A stretch of 63,201 bases of DNA, filler included. It is 9 parts of 9 records of this genome, joined end to end, with 100 filler letters (N's around TTAATTAATTAA, not from the genome) between each part and the next. Parts side by side here need not be neighbours in the genome. Positions count along the whole stretch, not along the records: positions 42,471 to 49,898 come from SRR7504441_1019; positions 49,999 to 54,302 come from SRR7504441_1020; positions 54,403 to 59,891 come from SRR7504441_1024; 6 more parts are not named here. One strand, given 5' to 3'. Within the stretch, counting starts at the first letter, position 1, and every line of letters starts with the position of its first letter. Below are positions 46,709 through 57,084 of the stretch, one piece after another. A model generated the notes under the pieces. It was not told where the DNA came from, searched no databases, and saw only the letters and a program-made list of their open reading frames with translations. The position numbers were made by a program, and so were the translations under genes.

Positions 46709-47605
46709 ATGGAGGCGGTGGGCGAGGCGGTGGAAGGCGGGCGGGTGTTCGAGGCGCTCCGGCTGCTGGCCGACCAGCCTGCCCAGCCTGAACTCCACGG
46801 CGCGCTCTCGCAGCAGGCGGCCGAGTGCAATTTGGCGCTGGGCGGACTGGAAGAATCCGCAGAATGGAAGTGCGCGCTGGCCGAGCCGGAGGTGGGCCAC
46901 TTCAGCGTGCACTACCAGCACGAGCCGCCGTACCACTCTGTCCGTTACGCCGGCACCTACGAGTGCGATTGCAGCGCGCTGTTGGCGGTGGGGCGGGAGA
47001 CTGACCTTCTCAGCTCGTGGAATAAGTACTGCACAGCCAGTGCGTTGCTCGCCACCCCGTCGGCGCTCCAGTGCACGGGCTACGGGGAGGTATGGCTGCC
47101 GTGGCCTTACTACAACCGGAGAATGACCGTTGGTGGCCGGCTGATCGACCTCATGAACGACCCGCAGCACTGTGTGCTAGTGCTCCTGTCCTCCGAGCCT
47201 GACCAAGCCAAGTACACGCTGCCGGAGTCGGCCGCCAGCTGTGTCCACTGCGGGCTTGGCCCGGGCTCTTGCATCAAGCTTGAGCCCACTTCGGACGGGC
47301 GGACGACGGCCACGATGCTGCTGCACTTGGATTTGGACATGCCACGCGGTGCCTCGAGTGTGATGCGGCTGCTGCTCAAGGTGATGTCGCCGTGGGTGCA
47401 GCGCCGGCTGATGCAAGTGGTCGCCGATGCCAAGTACGAGCACAACGAGTATCGGCAAAGGATTCAGCTCAACAGGGCTCTGTACGGCTTACTGGATAGG
47501 CGGTGCGACGCGACTATACCGCCCGTGGCCCCGTTTAGCGAGCGGGCGCCAGAGGTGTCGCTAGGCGATAAGCCCGATGAAGGGGCAGACGATCTACATT
47601 TATGA
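46709..47605 (+). CDS. START/SRPBCC-like lipid-binding domain protein
   Basis: Intronless 298-aa ORF. LLAVGRETDLLSSWN and VWLPWPYYNR resemble START motifs. Confidence 0.65.
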   Translation: MEAVGEAVEGGRVFEALRLLADQPAQPELHGALSQQAAECNLALGGLEESAEWKCALAEPEVGHFSVHYQHEPPYHSVRYAGTYECDCSALLAVGRETDLLSSWNKYCTASALLATPSALQCTGYGEVWLPWPYYNRRMTVGGRLIDLMNDPQHCVLVLLSSEPDQAKYTLPESAASCVHCGLGPGSCIKLEPTSDGRTTATMLLHLDLDMPRGASSVMRLLLKVMSPWVQRRLMQVVADAKYEHNEYRQRIQLNRALYGLLDRRCDATIPPVAPFSERAPEVSLGDKPDEGADDLHL

Positions 47606-47729
47606 ATTCATGACACTTGTACAATCGTATCTTCTTGTATACTACTAGTATCATTTCAGCAACTGACGTGTACCATCCTATGTGTGATGTATCTATCATA
47701 ATCATGATTGCGCTATGATTGCACTGGGG

Positions 47730-48944
47730 TCACACTTGGATGAGGCTTTTGATGTAGGCCAGCACCCGCCGGTCGCTAACAGTCCCAAAGTGCGACACAC
47801 CGCTCACGTTCCAAAAGCTGATGTTCGGCTCCCCCGCCCAGGCCTCCTTTGCCCACAGCACGCTCTTCACATTGACCGACCCGTCGCCGTCGCCATACTC
47901 GATCCTGCTCGGGGCGCTGTGGTCAAACCGGCCGTTGAGCTCCTTTTGAAAGTGGAACTTCTCACCCATCTTGACCCCATAAGAATAGACCACGTGTACT
48001 GTCACCCCCGGCGGCTCCAGCTGCGGCAGCGAGAGCCCCGTCGCGTCCAGGTTGCGGTAGGCCTGCACTGCCCGGCTGTTGTTGAGCCGCATGTTCATCT
48101 GCACCAGCTGCGACACAGTGTAGTTCGTGCTAGGAGTAAACACATACGGTTCGGAGCCAAATGCGCGCTCCGTCGGCCAGAGGAACACCCCGGACGGGGC
48201 CGAGGCCTGGACGGGGTACAGGTAATCGCTCGGGACTGGCAGCCCGAAGTTGTCTCCCGAGATTGAGGCCCGCAGCTGCGAAGTTGCGCCCTGGAGCGGC
48301 GGAGCGACCGGAATGAAGCTCTTGATGTGCTTGGCCTTCCACTGAGCACTCTGCCGGCCGAGCCAGACCATCAGCGTCGGGCCGCCCAGCGAGTGCGAGA
48401 TCAAGTGGGCCGGAAGCCCGTTTTTGGCCACGGTAGACTCCACGAGCGCCGTTAGCTTGGCGTAATACTGGCCATCGGCTGCGTGCCCGTCCGGGGCGAG
48501 CCGCCAGTCGTATGGCGCGCCGTGCAGGTCCCGGCCGGCTGTGTAGTTGAGCTCGGTCTGGAGGTAGTCAGCCATTGTGCCAAAGTAGTTCGGGGTGTGT
48601 AGAGCCGGGTCAAGGTAGCTTATCCCTCCGAGCCCCCCAAAGTCCACGTTTGAGTCCACTGTCACCCCCGCCGCGTTGGCGTACCGCCCGGTGGCCGGGT
48701 CGAATGTGAGCATCAGCCGGGCTAAGAGGCAGTCTTTGACAACCGGCCCGATCTCCTCCAGGTTGAGCCAGGCTGTGAACCAGTCGGCGGTGCCCTCGCA
48801 GACCAGGTGCGGCCGCGGGCCTCCGTCCAGCTTCATTCGCATCACCGAGCCACTAAGTCCCGGCACCAGCACCACCGGGTGCAGAGCCGACTCCGCGCAC
48901 GCCAGTATACCCGTCCAGAGGAGCAGTGTCCGGCCGGCAACCAT
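47730..48944 (-). CDS. LCAT / group XV lysosomal phospholipase A2 family
   Basis: Signal peptide, HPVVLVPGLSGS, GAPYDWR, SHSLGG nucleophile, GDGDGSVN, SHFGTV. Confidence 0.92.
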   Translation of the reverse strand: MVAGRTLLLWTGILACAESALHPVVLVPGLSGSVMRMKLDGGPRPHLVCEGTADWFTAWLNLEEIGPVVKDCLLARLMLTFDPATGRYANAAGVTVDSNVDFGGLGGISYLDPALHTPNYFGTMADYLQTELNYTAGRDLHGAPYDWRLAPDGHAADGQYYAKLTALVESTVAKNGLPAHLISHSLGGPTLMVWLGRQSAQWKAKHIKSFIPVAPPLQGATSQLRASISGDNFGLPVPSDYLYPVQASAPSGVFLWPTERAFGSEPYVFTPSTNYTVSQLVQMNMRLNNSRAVQAYRNLDATGLSLPQLEPPGVTVHVVYSYGVKMGEKFHFQKELNGRFDHSAPSRIEYGDGDGSVNVKSVLWAKEAWAGEPNISFWNVSGVSHFGTVSDRRVLAYIKSLIQV

Positions 48945-49898
48945 CGTTGACCGGTCGAGATTCTCGGCGATCGCGATGCATCAACGAAGTAAGTGCCAGT
49001 CAGTGCGGAGTACATGCGAACTCGTATTGCATACATGAAGAGTATCAATTGAACTAACTTGATCGATTCACTCGAGCGCGTCTCACACCGATCAACACAA
49101 CCAGCGCCCCGTCTAGCCGCCTCACCGACCAGGGACGCTGCTAAAACTCAGCGAGCCGCCTCTCGCCTTGTAGACATGCTCGCTAGACCCGACTCTATAC
49201 CGCGCCCCCCTGCTCGGCTTGCCCCCGGGCGGGCTCAGCTCCCACCCGCCGCCCACTCGCTGCACCACGGCCCGCTCCGGCCGCTCCGGGCTCAGCTCGC
49301 CCGCCGCCTTTGTCCTCGGTGTGTCCTCGACCGGCAGCCGACAGCTGGCGCTGGGTCGGACTAAGGTCGGACGGTATTAATAACCGAGAGGATGTGCGAC
49401 TCGTTGTGCGTGGATGTGCCGGTGTGGACTGGGTCAAGGGCCATCTGCGGGTGTTAGAGTTGATGGCCTCAAGACCTGATGCGTTCGTCTAGACTCAAGT
49501 CGAACATAAGTCGAACAAGAGGCGAAGAGGCCGACAGACGTGAGTGCCAGCGGATGCTAGGGTGCTCTTGTCAAGGATACGTGGCCGGGCACATGGACAC
49601 GATGTGACAGCCCTTCTTTACTAATTAATATTACGTGTACATAACTTACATGGGCGTTTACTCCCGTTTAAGTAAGCCAATTATGATGAGTTTGTACATA
49701 TTTGAAGCTCTTAGTCATTCGCGTGTAAGACTATAGCATGGTATTAACGCGTTTGAGTGTCTGCATCTGTCCTTTGTTGCATCTAGATTAGTCATAGATC
49801 GCTGTCGTCGATCAAGGCTCCAGGCTCTGGCGCCAGATCGCTATCGTCGATCTCCCCCACCCCCTCACTGCCCGTCTCTCCCTCCCGCCCCCCACTCC

Positions 49899-49998
49899 NN
49901 NNNNNNNNNNNNNNNNNNNNNNNNNNNNNNNNNNNNNNNNNNTTAATTAATTAANNNNNNNNNNNNNNNNNNNNNNNNNNNNNNNNNNNNNNNNNNNN
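49899..49998. other. Artificial contig-joining spacer
   Basis: N44-TTAATTAATTAA-N44. Confidence 0.98.
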
Positions 49999-50163
49999 CA
50001 CTGAAATCCGTAAATCTGCCAAGATTTTGGCCCGCCAGCTCTCTGCGGGCGGATGGCCTCTACTAATATTTCAACACCAAGATGAAATTACTAGAGTGGT
50101 TGAAACCACAGACCGGTCTAGGTAAATCCGCGCCGGTCTAGCTGCGCCATGCGCATGTCATGC

Positions 50164-51191
50164 TCATCGCCAGGATCCGCGGCGCCTGTCGTGTCCTTGC
50201 ATCGGTCGTCCGGGTGACCCGCCCCTGTCTGAGAATTGGCCTCTCCGGACTGGTGACCCGAGCGCCCGAATAGGCGACTTGGTCGGGGAAGCCTTGTGTG
50301 GACTCCACGATTGGCTGGGACTCGTCTCCGAAAACATCCCGGGCTCGCCGACAAGGTTCCTTGCGCGGGCCCTCAGAAGCTCGTGCTCCATTTGCCGAAC
50401 CTTGAGCTGGGTGCTATCCGTAGGGAGCGCCGTCTGCCGCGCTGCCCTGCGGAGCTGCAACGTCCACAGCGACCACGCCCGCCTGATCGCCTCCCGCCAA
50501 GCGCAGTTATCCGAGAGCTGCCCCACAGCCCAGTGCAGCCGGCGCACCTGCCCCCTCGCCTCCCGTGGGTAGGCGGCTCGACGATTCACCTCTTGCAGGG
50601 TAACGGCCATCAGCTCGTCCGCCGCCAGGTCCGGCAGCAGGTCCATATCCGACCCGAGATCGGCCCTGTGCTGCCGCCACAGCCTGTTGGCCCTGTCCAC
50701 CGACCGCTGGAGCTGCCCGACTGTCTCGGCCGATGGGCTTGCCACCCGAAACGGCACCGGCCCAGGCTCGAATCCCCGCGGAGACCCGGGCTCAGGGGTC
50801 CTGCACCCGACGGCTGAGCCGGCCCGCGGCTCGGTGGGGTGCTACCTGACGGGATCCCGCTCTGGCTCCGGGCGCGATTCAAACTGCGACTCGGGGCTAA
50901 AAGGCGGCTCCGGCGAGCCGGCAGCCGCGGGCGAACTGCTCGCATCCCGCGCGCGGGCCACGGCGTCGTACCACCTGCCTGGGGCTGGCCTGGTCGGTTT
51001 AAGCCGGGCACGCACAGCCTAACGTCTCTCTGTTCTTCGGTCTCGCCTCTGGGCGAGCTGGGGGAGGCGCTGCCAGTCGGGGAGGAGGGGCGGGCGAGCG
51101 GGGCGGGGGAGCGCAGCCGGGTGATGAGCGCGGCCCGCCGCTGCATGCTGCGCAGGTACCCATCCTCCTCCTCCTGCCGCCCGGGGCTCAT
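50164..51191 (-). CDS. Hypothetical Ser/Pro/Arg-rich protein, spliced
   Basis: ATG at 51191 (MSPGRQEEEDGY). Exons linked by short introns to ORF 50164-50757. No family recognised. Confidence 0.45.
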
Positions 51192-51287
51192 CAAGAGACA
51201 TCCTCTCGGGTCCAGCACACCATGATGCCGTTGTCGGTTGGGCCACGGCGCGGCAGTGCACATTGGGGCGGTGCCCAGGGCTAGGCG

Positions 51288-54081
51288 ATGGCCGGGTCAC
51301 CGTTCGATCTGCACCATTATCTGGACTACAAGCTGTTCACCTTGCTCTGCCTGATCATCATCGTCTTCTCCATTCTGTGGGAGGCGCCGCCCCGCCGGAG
51401 CCAGTGCCAGCCGGGGCCAGTGGATGCTCGAAATGATCGAGCACGTCTCACACAACCACCGGAGCTTACGGGACATGGTCAATAAAGTGGTCACCGAGCT
51501 GGCCATCCTGGGTGCCCCGCCGGCCGGCCGGCCGGCCAGCTGCGGCAGGCACGATATCCTTCGGGTTTCTCATGGTGAACTGTTTCGAGGATCTCAGCGA
51601 GAAGGCCTTCCTCACGTTGCGGCGCGGCCCGGCCGAGCGGCTAGCCTGGGGCAGGTTTGAGCTGGCGCACCTGATGATCTTTTTCTTCGGAATTATCTAT
51701 TGCTTACAGGCTATTGTGAACTACTACACTATCCGGTGCGCCCCAGCCGGCGATGGCCGGACCGTTGCCGCAGGGTGGTAAAACGGTGGATCGATCACCT
51801 GGATAAGCTGCTCCCGCACGACGGCACGTCCCACTGCGGCAGGAGCTTCCTGGAGGCCTCTACAGAGTCTTTCAGTCCGCCAGCCCGCCCGCACCCGCCC
51901 CAACCTGTAGCCAGGTAGTATCCCAGTACCCTCAACAGAGTACGACGACCCCATGGCGGTCTGCCCGGTCGGCCAGCGCGTGCCAGAGTTCCTGGAGGTT
52001 CTTACCTGCCGACGCTCCGTCTCACCCTTGTTTTAGAGTGTTAAGGTCTACTATCGCGAGACTCGACAGCATATGTCTGACCGTGAAGGCGGGCGGTGCG
52101 AGTGCTTCTGCTGGCCTTTCAATACACTGCGGCTCGAGATGGAGTACCACGTCCTCCGCGAGTGGTTCCTCGGCGAGTGCCAGCTCCCCACCACCCTAGA
52201 CTATGCCAAGTACCTCCGGTGCCCCACCCGGCATCGTACTCCGATTGAGCCTGCCGGACAGCAAATGCTTTTCCAGCGCCGTCCGCCGGCATCTTGAGAT
52301 TCGAGTTCTCGTCTGGTGCCCGGCCTGGCAGCACAGACTCACGCGCGGCCCAGGGTAGCCCTGATAGTGTGGGCTCTGATTTTTGCGGGCACGGCGGAGT
52401 TGTTGGTTGCAGCCGGGGTCTATGTGAGAATGCCTATCTAACCGGCATCACCCAGAGCTGCAGGTTAACCCACATTACGTTCTGGCCGCGTTCGGCTGGA
52501 GCCAGGCCGCGTTTGCCGTTATGTCGTTCACATGGACTCGATTGAGTCAGATGCACCTGCTCGAACAGATCGGGATCAGATCCGATTACGACCTCGAGAT
52601 AGCGATCCAACGGATCGCCTCACTGGACATGACCCGCTCGATCAGCACCAACGTGACTATTGCAAAGCGCGAGAAAACAGACAAGCATGGGCTGACTGGG
52701 ACAAGCTGGTTCACTGTGCGCTTTCACTGGCATTGCGTGCAGCTCCTGCTTGCAAGCTCGTGCCTCTACCTAGCGCTGTTCCTTGTATGGTTCTGTCAGA
52801 ACGTCAAGGATGTGCGCCGTGCTCGGCCACAGCTAGTTGATTGCTCTCGGACAGGTGACCAGCTCGGCCTGGCTGCAGGCTCTCTGGGTTGTGTTCATTG
52901 TACTGCCGGCGCTGTTTGTGATCCTCGTCATGCAGCCTTTACTCCTTTTCCAGACCTCCTTTTCCGGCGCGGTAATTGCGGCCGGCTCGCTGACCTGCAG
53001 AGCCCGACGGCAGATGCTTTTCCCGGAGCGGCATACTGAAGAGTTGGGCAAAGTGATTGACCGGCATTCGGTGCCTTGCTGCGCTGTGTTGGCTGCTGAC
53101 TGGTTGAGTCAAGGAAACCAAGGAGCAGCTCAACAGGATCCTGGATGTGTTCCAGGCATTAGCCCGGCCGGTCTGCAGCTCAGGCGCACCGGCAGGATGA
53201 GCTGCGCTGCCACCACATAGCGTGCGAAGTGCAGAACATTGAGGCGATTTTTGGGTCAGTCCACTAATGAGTTAATATTAATGCCATTTGGCCGGCCGCT
53301 GGCTTTTCGCAGCCCGCCCGCAATCATGGGCAGAACTGTGGTAAACACCAGCCACAACGAGTGCCGCATGCTAGCAGACTCGTGCCGGCTCCTTGTCAAT
53401 GGGCCGTCTACGGTTTGCAGCGCGTCAAACATACACCCCCCTCGCCCACTTGCTGTAGGCTCTGAGCCCGCAGCACAGAGAGTTCGACCAGGACAACTCC
53501 GGGTGGGTAACAGAGAAGGACTTCGTGGAGGTGGTTTGCCTGGGCGAGCAGTCTCAATATCTCCGGCGGCAGGTCCTACAGAAAAAGCACCTCTACTCGT
53601 TCCTCGGGCACAACGGGGCGAAAGCTGTCCGCCGGTCGTCTTGCTGTCTTGCCCGCGCTCATTGGGAGATGTGCAGGCTCATGCGGATATTCGACCCAAC
53701 TCGGTCGGGCAAGTTTAATTATCACGATTTCGCTCTCCAGGTGGCTCGAGCTTGGGCTAGTCGTTCAATGTCAGGCAGGTGGTGCGACACACTGGGCGTC
53801 ACGTGAATCCGTCGGCTGAGGAGAACAACGCCAGTGACGCCACCAGACAATCGAGGCTCAACCATTTTTTTGATGGTATTAATTCGGCAGAGATGGAGAG
53901 TCCAGGGAGTTTGATCCTGCAGGACGTCGCGGCACAGCCAGATGCGGCGCCCGCAGAGGAAGAGCGGAGCTCACTGGAAAGTTCGAGGCCAAACAGTGAC
54001 CGAGTTTGCTTGGATATAGGAGTAGAGGCTGGGAGCACTGAGCCCCGCATATTAAGATCTAGACCAAGGGTAACGTTATGA
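51288..54081 (+). CDS. MLO-like multi-pass membrane protein with a C-terminal EF-hand pair
   Basis: MVNKVVTELAILG/TISF, FELAHLMIFFFGI and EYHVLREWF..TLDYAKYL match the MLO pattern. EF loops DQDNSGWVTEKDF and DPTRSGKFNYHDF. More than 12 short introns. Confidence 0.75.
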
Positions 54082-54302
54082 CGTGCTCAACTCTGTTCAC
54101 CCGACACTAACCCGACACTGAATTAGTAAAATAGCATGTAGAGTGAATCCGAAGCCATTCAAAAAAGCGTTTATATTCCACCAATCGCATACCAATCATG
54201 ACCAATCGCATACTCGAATTGCCGTTGCGCAACGGTCAGTGACGTCCACGGTCGGAGGGCGGGCGGGAGAGGCATGGCAGCCAACAAGGACCTGACGCAG
54301 CC

Positions 54303-54402
54303 NNNNNNNNNNNNNNNNNNNNNNNNNNNNNNNNNNNNNNNNNNNNTTAATTAATTAANNNNNNNNNNNNNNNNNNNNNNNNNNNNNNNNNNNNNNNNNN
54401 NN
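54303..54402. other. Artificial contig-joining spacer
   Basis: N44-TTAATTAATTAA-N44. Confidence 0.98.
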
Positions 54403-54508
54403 GCATTTATACATTTATTCGTGGTTTTAATCTGCATAAAAATCGTTTTTAATTCTAATAAATACGAATAACATAATAGTAATATTGCCTAGCGCATAGT
54501 TCACAACA

Positions 54509-54900
54509 CTAGTGCACAAACTTGTACGGATCATCTGTATCACGCAAACGGAGCTGTTCGGTAGCACGATCCTTTTCAAAGTAAACATCCCACCTGAAAC
54601 CCGCTCAACACCCAGCAGCCATTCAAGTCACCGCTCCTCTCCTGGGGTCTTCATCTCATCAGTTTTATTCTTGATGAAGCCGATCCACTCTCCTTCAGTG
54701 CCCTCAAACTCGTAGGATATGAACCTGCCCGCCTGCACTGCGCCGCACTTGCCAAATCTTGCCGAACTCGGTGTCCATCTTCCGCGAGAACCTGACGAGC
54801 TGCTTGACCAGCTGGTTGCCCACATGTTTTACAACATGGGCGACCCCGCTGGCCACCTGCTGCACCTCGCGATCAGCCCCGCCGCTCATGGCCTCGGGGG
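54509..54900 (-). CDS. Small spliced hypothetical gene divergent from the transposase
   Basis: The 3' exons read GRFISYEFEGTEGEWIGFIKNK..GEER/WDVYFEKDRATEQLRLRDTDDPYKFVH*. The 5' exons are unresolved. Confidence 0.4.
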
Positions 54901-55035
54901 ACTTACCCTGCTGTGTGCGGCGGCGTAGTAGCGCCAATCAACGGACACCGACTATGCCGTCCATGCAGATGCTGTACTTGGAAATCTCCGCTGCGCGGTT
55001 GGTGCGGTGCGTGCTCACCTGATTTGCTCGCTGAC

Positions 55036-56257
55036 ATGCGCTCCGCAGGCAACAGCCCCGCTTCTCAGAGCAACGGCCCGGTGTTCGCCACCGACCGCTT
55101 CAACTCCAACTCGTTGCCGGCCAGACCACCGTCAGACAGTGCGGACAGCGATGCTTCGGACTGGTCACTGGCTGGGCTGGGCGTGGTTGCCGTGCTTGTG
55201 GCTGCTAGCTCGCTGTTGTATGGATTCCGCAGGGCCCGCCGGTCTCACACCAACCAATACCGCGAGTCGCGGTTTGGGAAGCACACCGCTCGGCCGGATG
55301 CAAGTGCTGCGATCCGGGACAAAATGGTCATGCACGAGACTGGGTACAACGCCGACACACTAGAGGTGCTGTGGCAGGAATACAAGGACGATCTGCCCCA
55401 GCGCAAGCGCAAGCAGGAGCTGACCGAGGGGTACTTCTACCTCTGCTTCGTATACATTCATTTATACCCGACAAGTGAGCAATGCCCCCGCGTGCTGTGG
55501 TCGCCACAGTTTGGCGCAGAGCGTGGGCTCACCAAGGACGCCTTCACCAAGTACATCGAGCCAATGATTTATGCCCTCTCGCTGGGCATGCGGTCTCATG
55601 GGCAGGTGCGGTGGGCAGCACGACTTCGGTACGACAACCACACTGCGTTCCTCCCGTCGGTCGTCACAGGTGCAATCGACACAGCGCCCTGCTACGTTTC
55701 GCAGCCGTGTCACCGGGCACACGCCCGCTTGCTGTTTCAGCCAAAATATGGTGCCTGCGTGTACAAGTTCCAGTTGATCATCTCGCTGCTTGGTGAGATC
55801 ATTGGCTACACAGGGCTCCACTTGGGTGTTGAGTGCGACTCCAAGATCTGGGGAAGGACGAGACACGCCTATCCGATGCAACCTGGAGAGCTCATTCTCG
55901 CAGACGGCATCTACAAGGGGCAGGCCAACTTGCTGGTCAAGTACGACGTCAACCAAACACTGACACCCAGCCACGAGTCTACCAACGATGTGATCGATTT
56001 GTATCGTGCTCGTGTGGAGCACGTCGTCCATGAGGTGCGCTTGCATGCTGTCGTGGCTGACTCGTGCCGCCAGGTCAAGGATCATGCGCTGTTCCATTGC
56101 CCGTTCCGGGGATCGCATGTGAGCTGCATCGGCCGGCCTGCCTGATTGGCGTGGGCAGACCTTCTTGAACGCGTGCTTGGACGTCACGGTCCACGCAACT
56201 GCTGCGCAACTCCGGTTGCACCAGCGCTACGAGAGCTACGGCAATTGGCCGCATTAA
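55036..56257 (+). mobile_element. PIF/Harbinger (IS5-like, DDE_Tnp_4) transposase gene
   Basis: Catalytic triad in GAIDTAP, ILADGIY and YRARVEH, plus YKFQLIIS and DSKIW. Two short introns give the C-terminus FRGSH/TFLNAC...YGNWPH*. Confidence 0.85.
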
Positions 56258-56363
56258 ATAATTAAGTCTGGCATAATAAATAATCGTGTCAGTAGGTTTG
56301 TCTATTGTAATCTAGTCTAATGTAACGAGTGTGCTAATGTGACGAGTGTGCTAAGCAAAGTTA

Positions 56364-56804
56364 TCAACCCAACAGTACCTCGTCTGCTAAGTACGTGAGA
56401 GTCGCCGTACTAAGGCTACTCGGAAGGCTCGAGTTACTACTCGATCGCGATTTAAAAATCGATAATAGCATCTCGTTGTCGACGTCCAGCATCTGGTTGT
56501 GACCAGCATCAGCATCTGGTTGTGGCTCTGGTTGTGGCTGTGGTTGTGTGTGGCCCTGGTCAGGCTGCGGCAGCGGTTGCGGCAGCGGCTGCGGGTCAGG
56601 CTGCGGCAACTGTGGACGCGTAGCCTTTTGGCACGTGCTGGTCAGGCCCGCAGCCTTTTGGCGCCACGTACGCACAGGGCTGTCCGCCGCGCGCCGCTTC
56701 CTGCCGCGCGCCGCTTCCTTCTCCCGCTTCTGGCGCTCCAGCTCGAGTTGTTCCTCGAGCCGGTCATTAATTATTCGTAGAATCTCCTTTGTAAGCCTAA
56801 ACAT
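56364..56804 (-). CDS. Hypothetical protein with a PQ repeat, convergent on the transposase
   Basis: 146-aa ORF with a charged helix, basic RGRKRR and PQPDPQPL repeats. Confidence 0.4.
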   Translation of the reverse strand: MFRLTKEILRIINDRLEEQLELERQKREKEAARGRKRRAADSPVRTWRQKAAGLTSTCQKATRPQLPQPDPQPLPQPLPQPDQGHTQPQPQPEPQPDADAGHNQMLDVDNEMLLSIFKSRSSSNSSLPSSLSTATLTYLADEVLLG

Positions 56805-56818
56805 CCATTTGCATCAAC

Positions 56819-56949
56819 TACGAAATTTACGAAATTTACGAAATTCACAAAATTCAAGAAGTTCATAAAATGTACACATTGTGTACATTTTGTCTTACTG
56901 CACCAACCTCTTAAGGGTATAAGAGAACTAGGCCACGTCCACAGTGGCA
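56819..56949. repeat. Cluster of 9-nt tandem repeats and short palindromes
   Basis: About five copies of a gaaattYac-like unit, perfect AAAATGTACACA-t-TGTGTACATTTT (56867-56891), CTCTTA..TAAGAG and GCCAC..GTGGC. Confidence 0.7.
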
Positions 56950-57084
56950 TGCGGGACAGTGGAATCTCGATCCAACCGGCATCAACGGCAATGCATCTCA
57001 AGGTGAACGGGCGCCGAGCTCAAGGAGCGACTCACGGGGAACTGAGATAACTCGTACAATTTATGTTTAAATGCCCAAATAAAA

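Noticed and set aside
33978-48944. Sterol/lipid gene cluster (SCPx, sterol desaturase, START, LCAT)
   Set aside because: The genes lie on two different contigs with unrelated genes between them.
54170-54302. Triple CCAAT and TGACGT motifs before an ATG near 54273
   Set aside because: A plausible promoter, but the gene is cut after about 10 codons, so nothing can be supported.
56928-56949. GGCCACGTCCACA as a Harbinger terminal inverted repeat
   Set aside because: It resembles Harbinger ends, but it points away from the transposase and I found no matching inverted copy in the contig.
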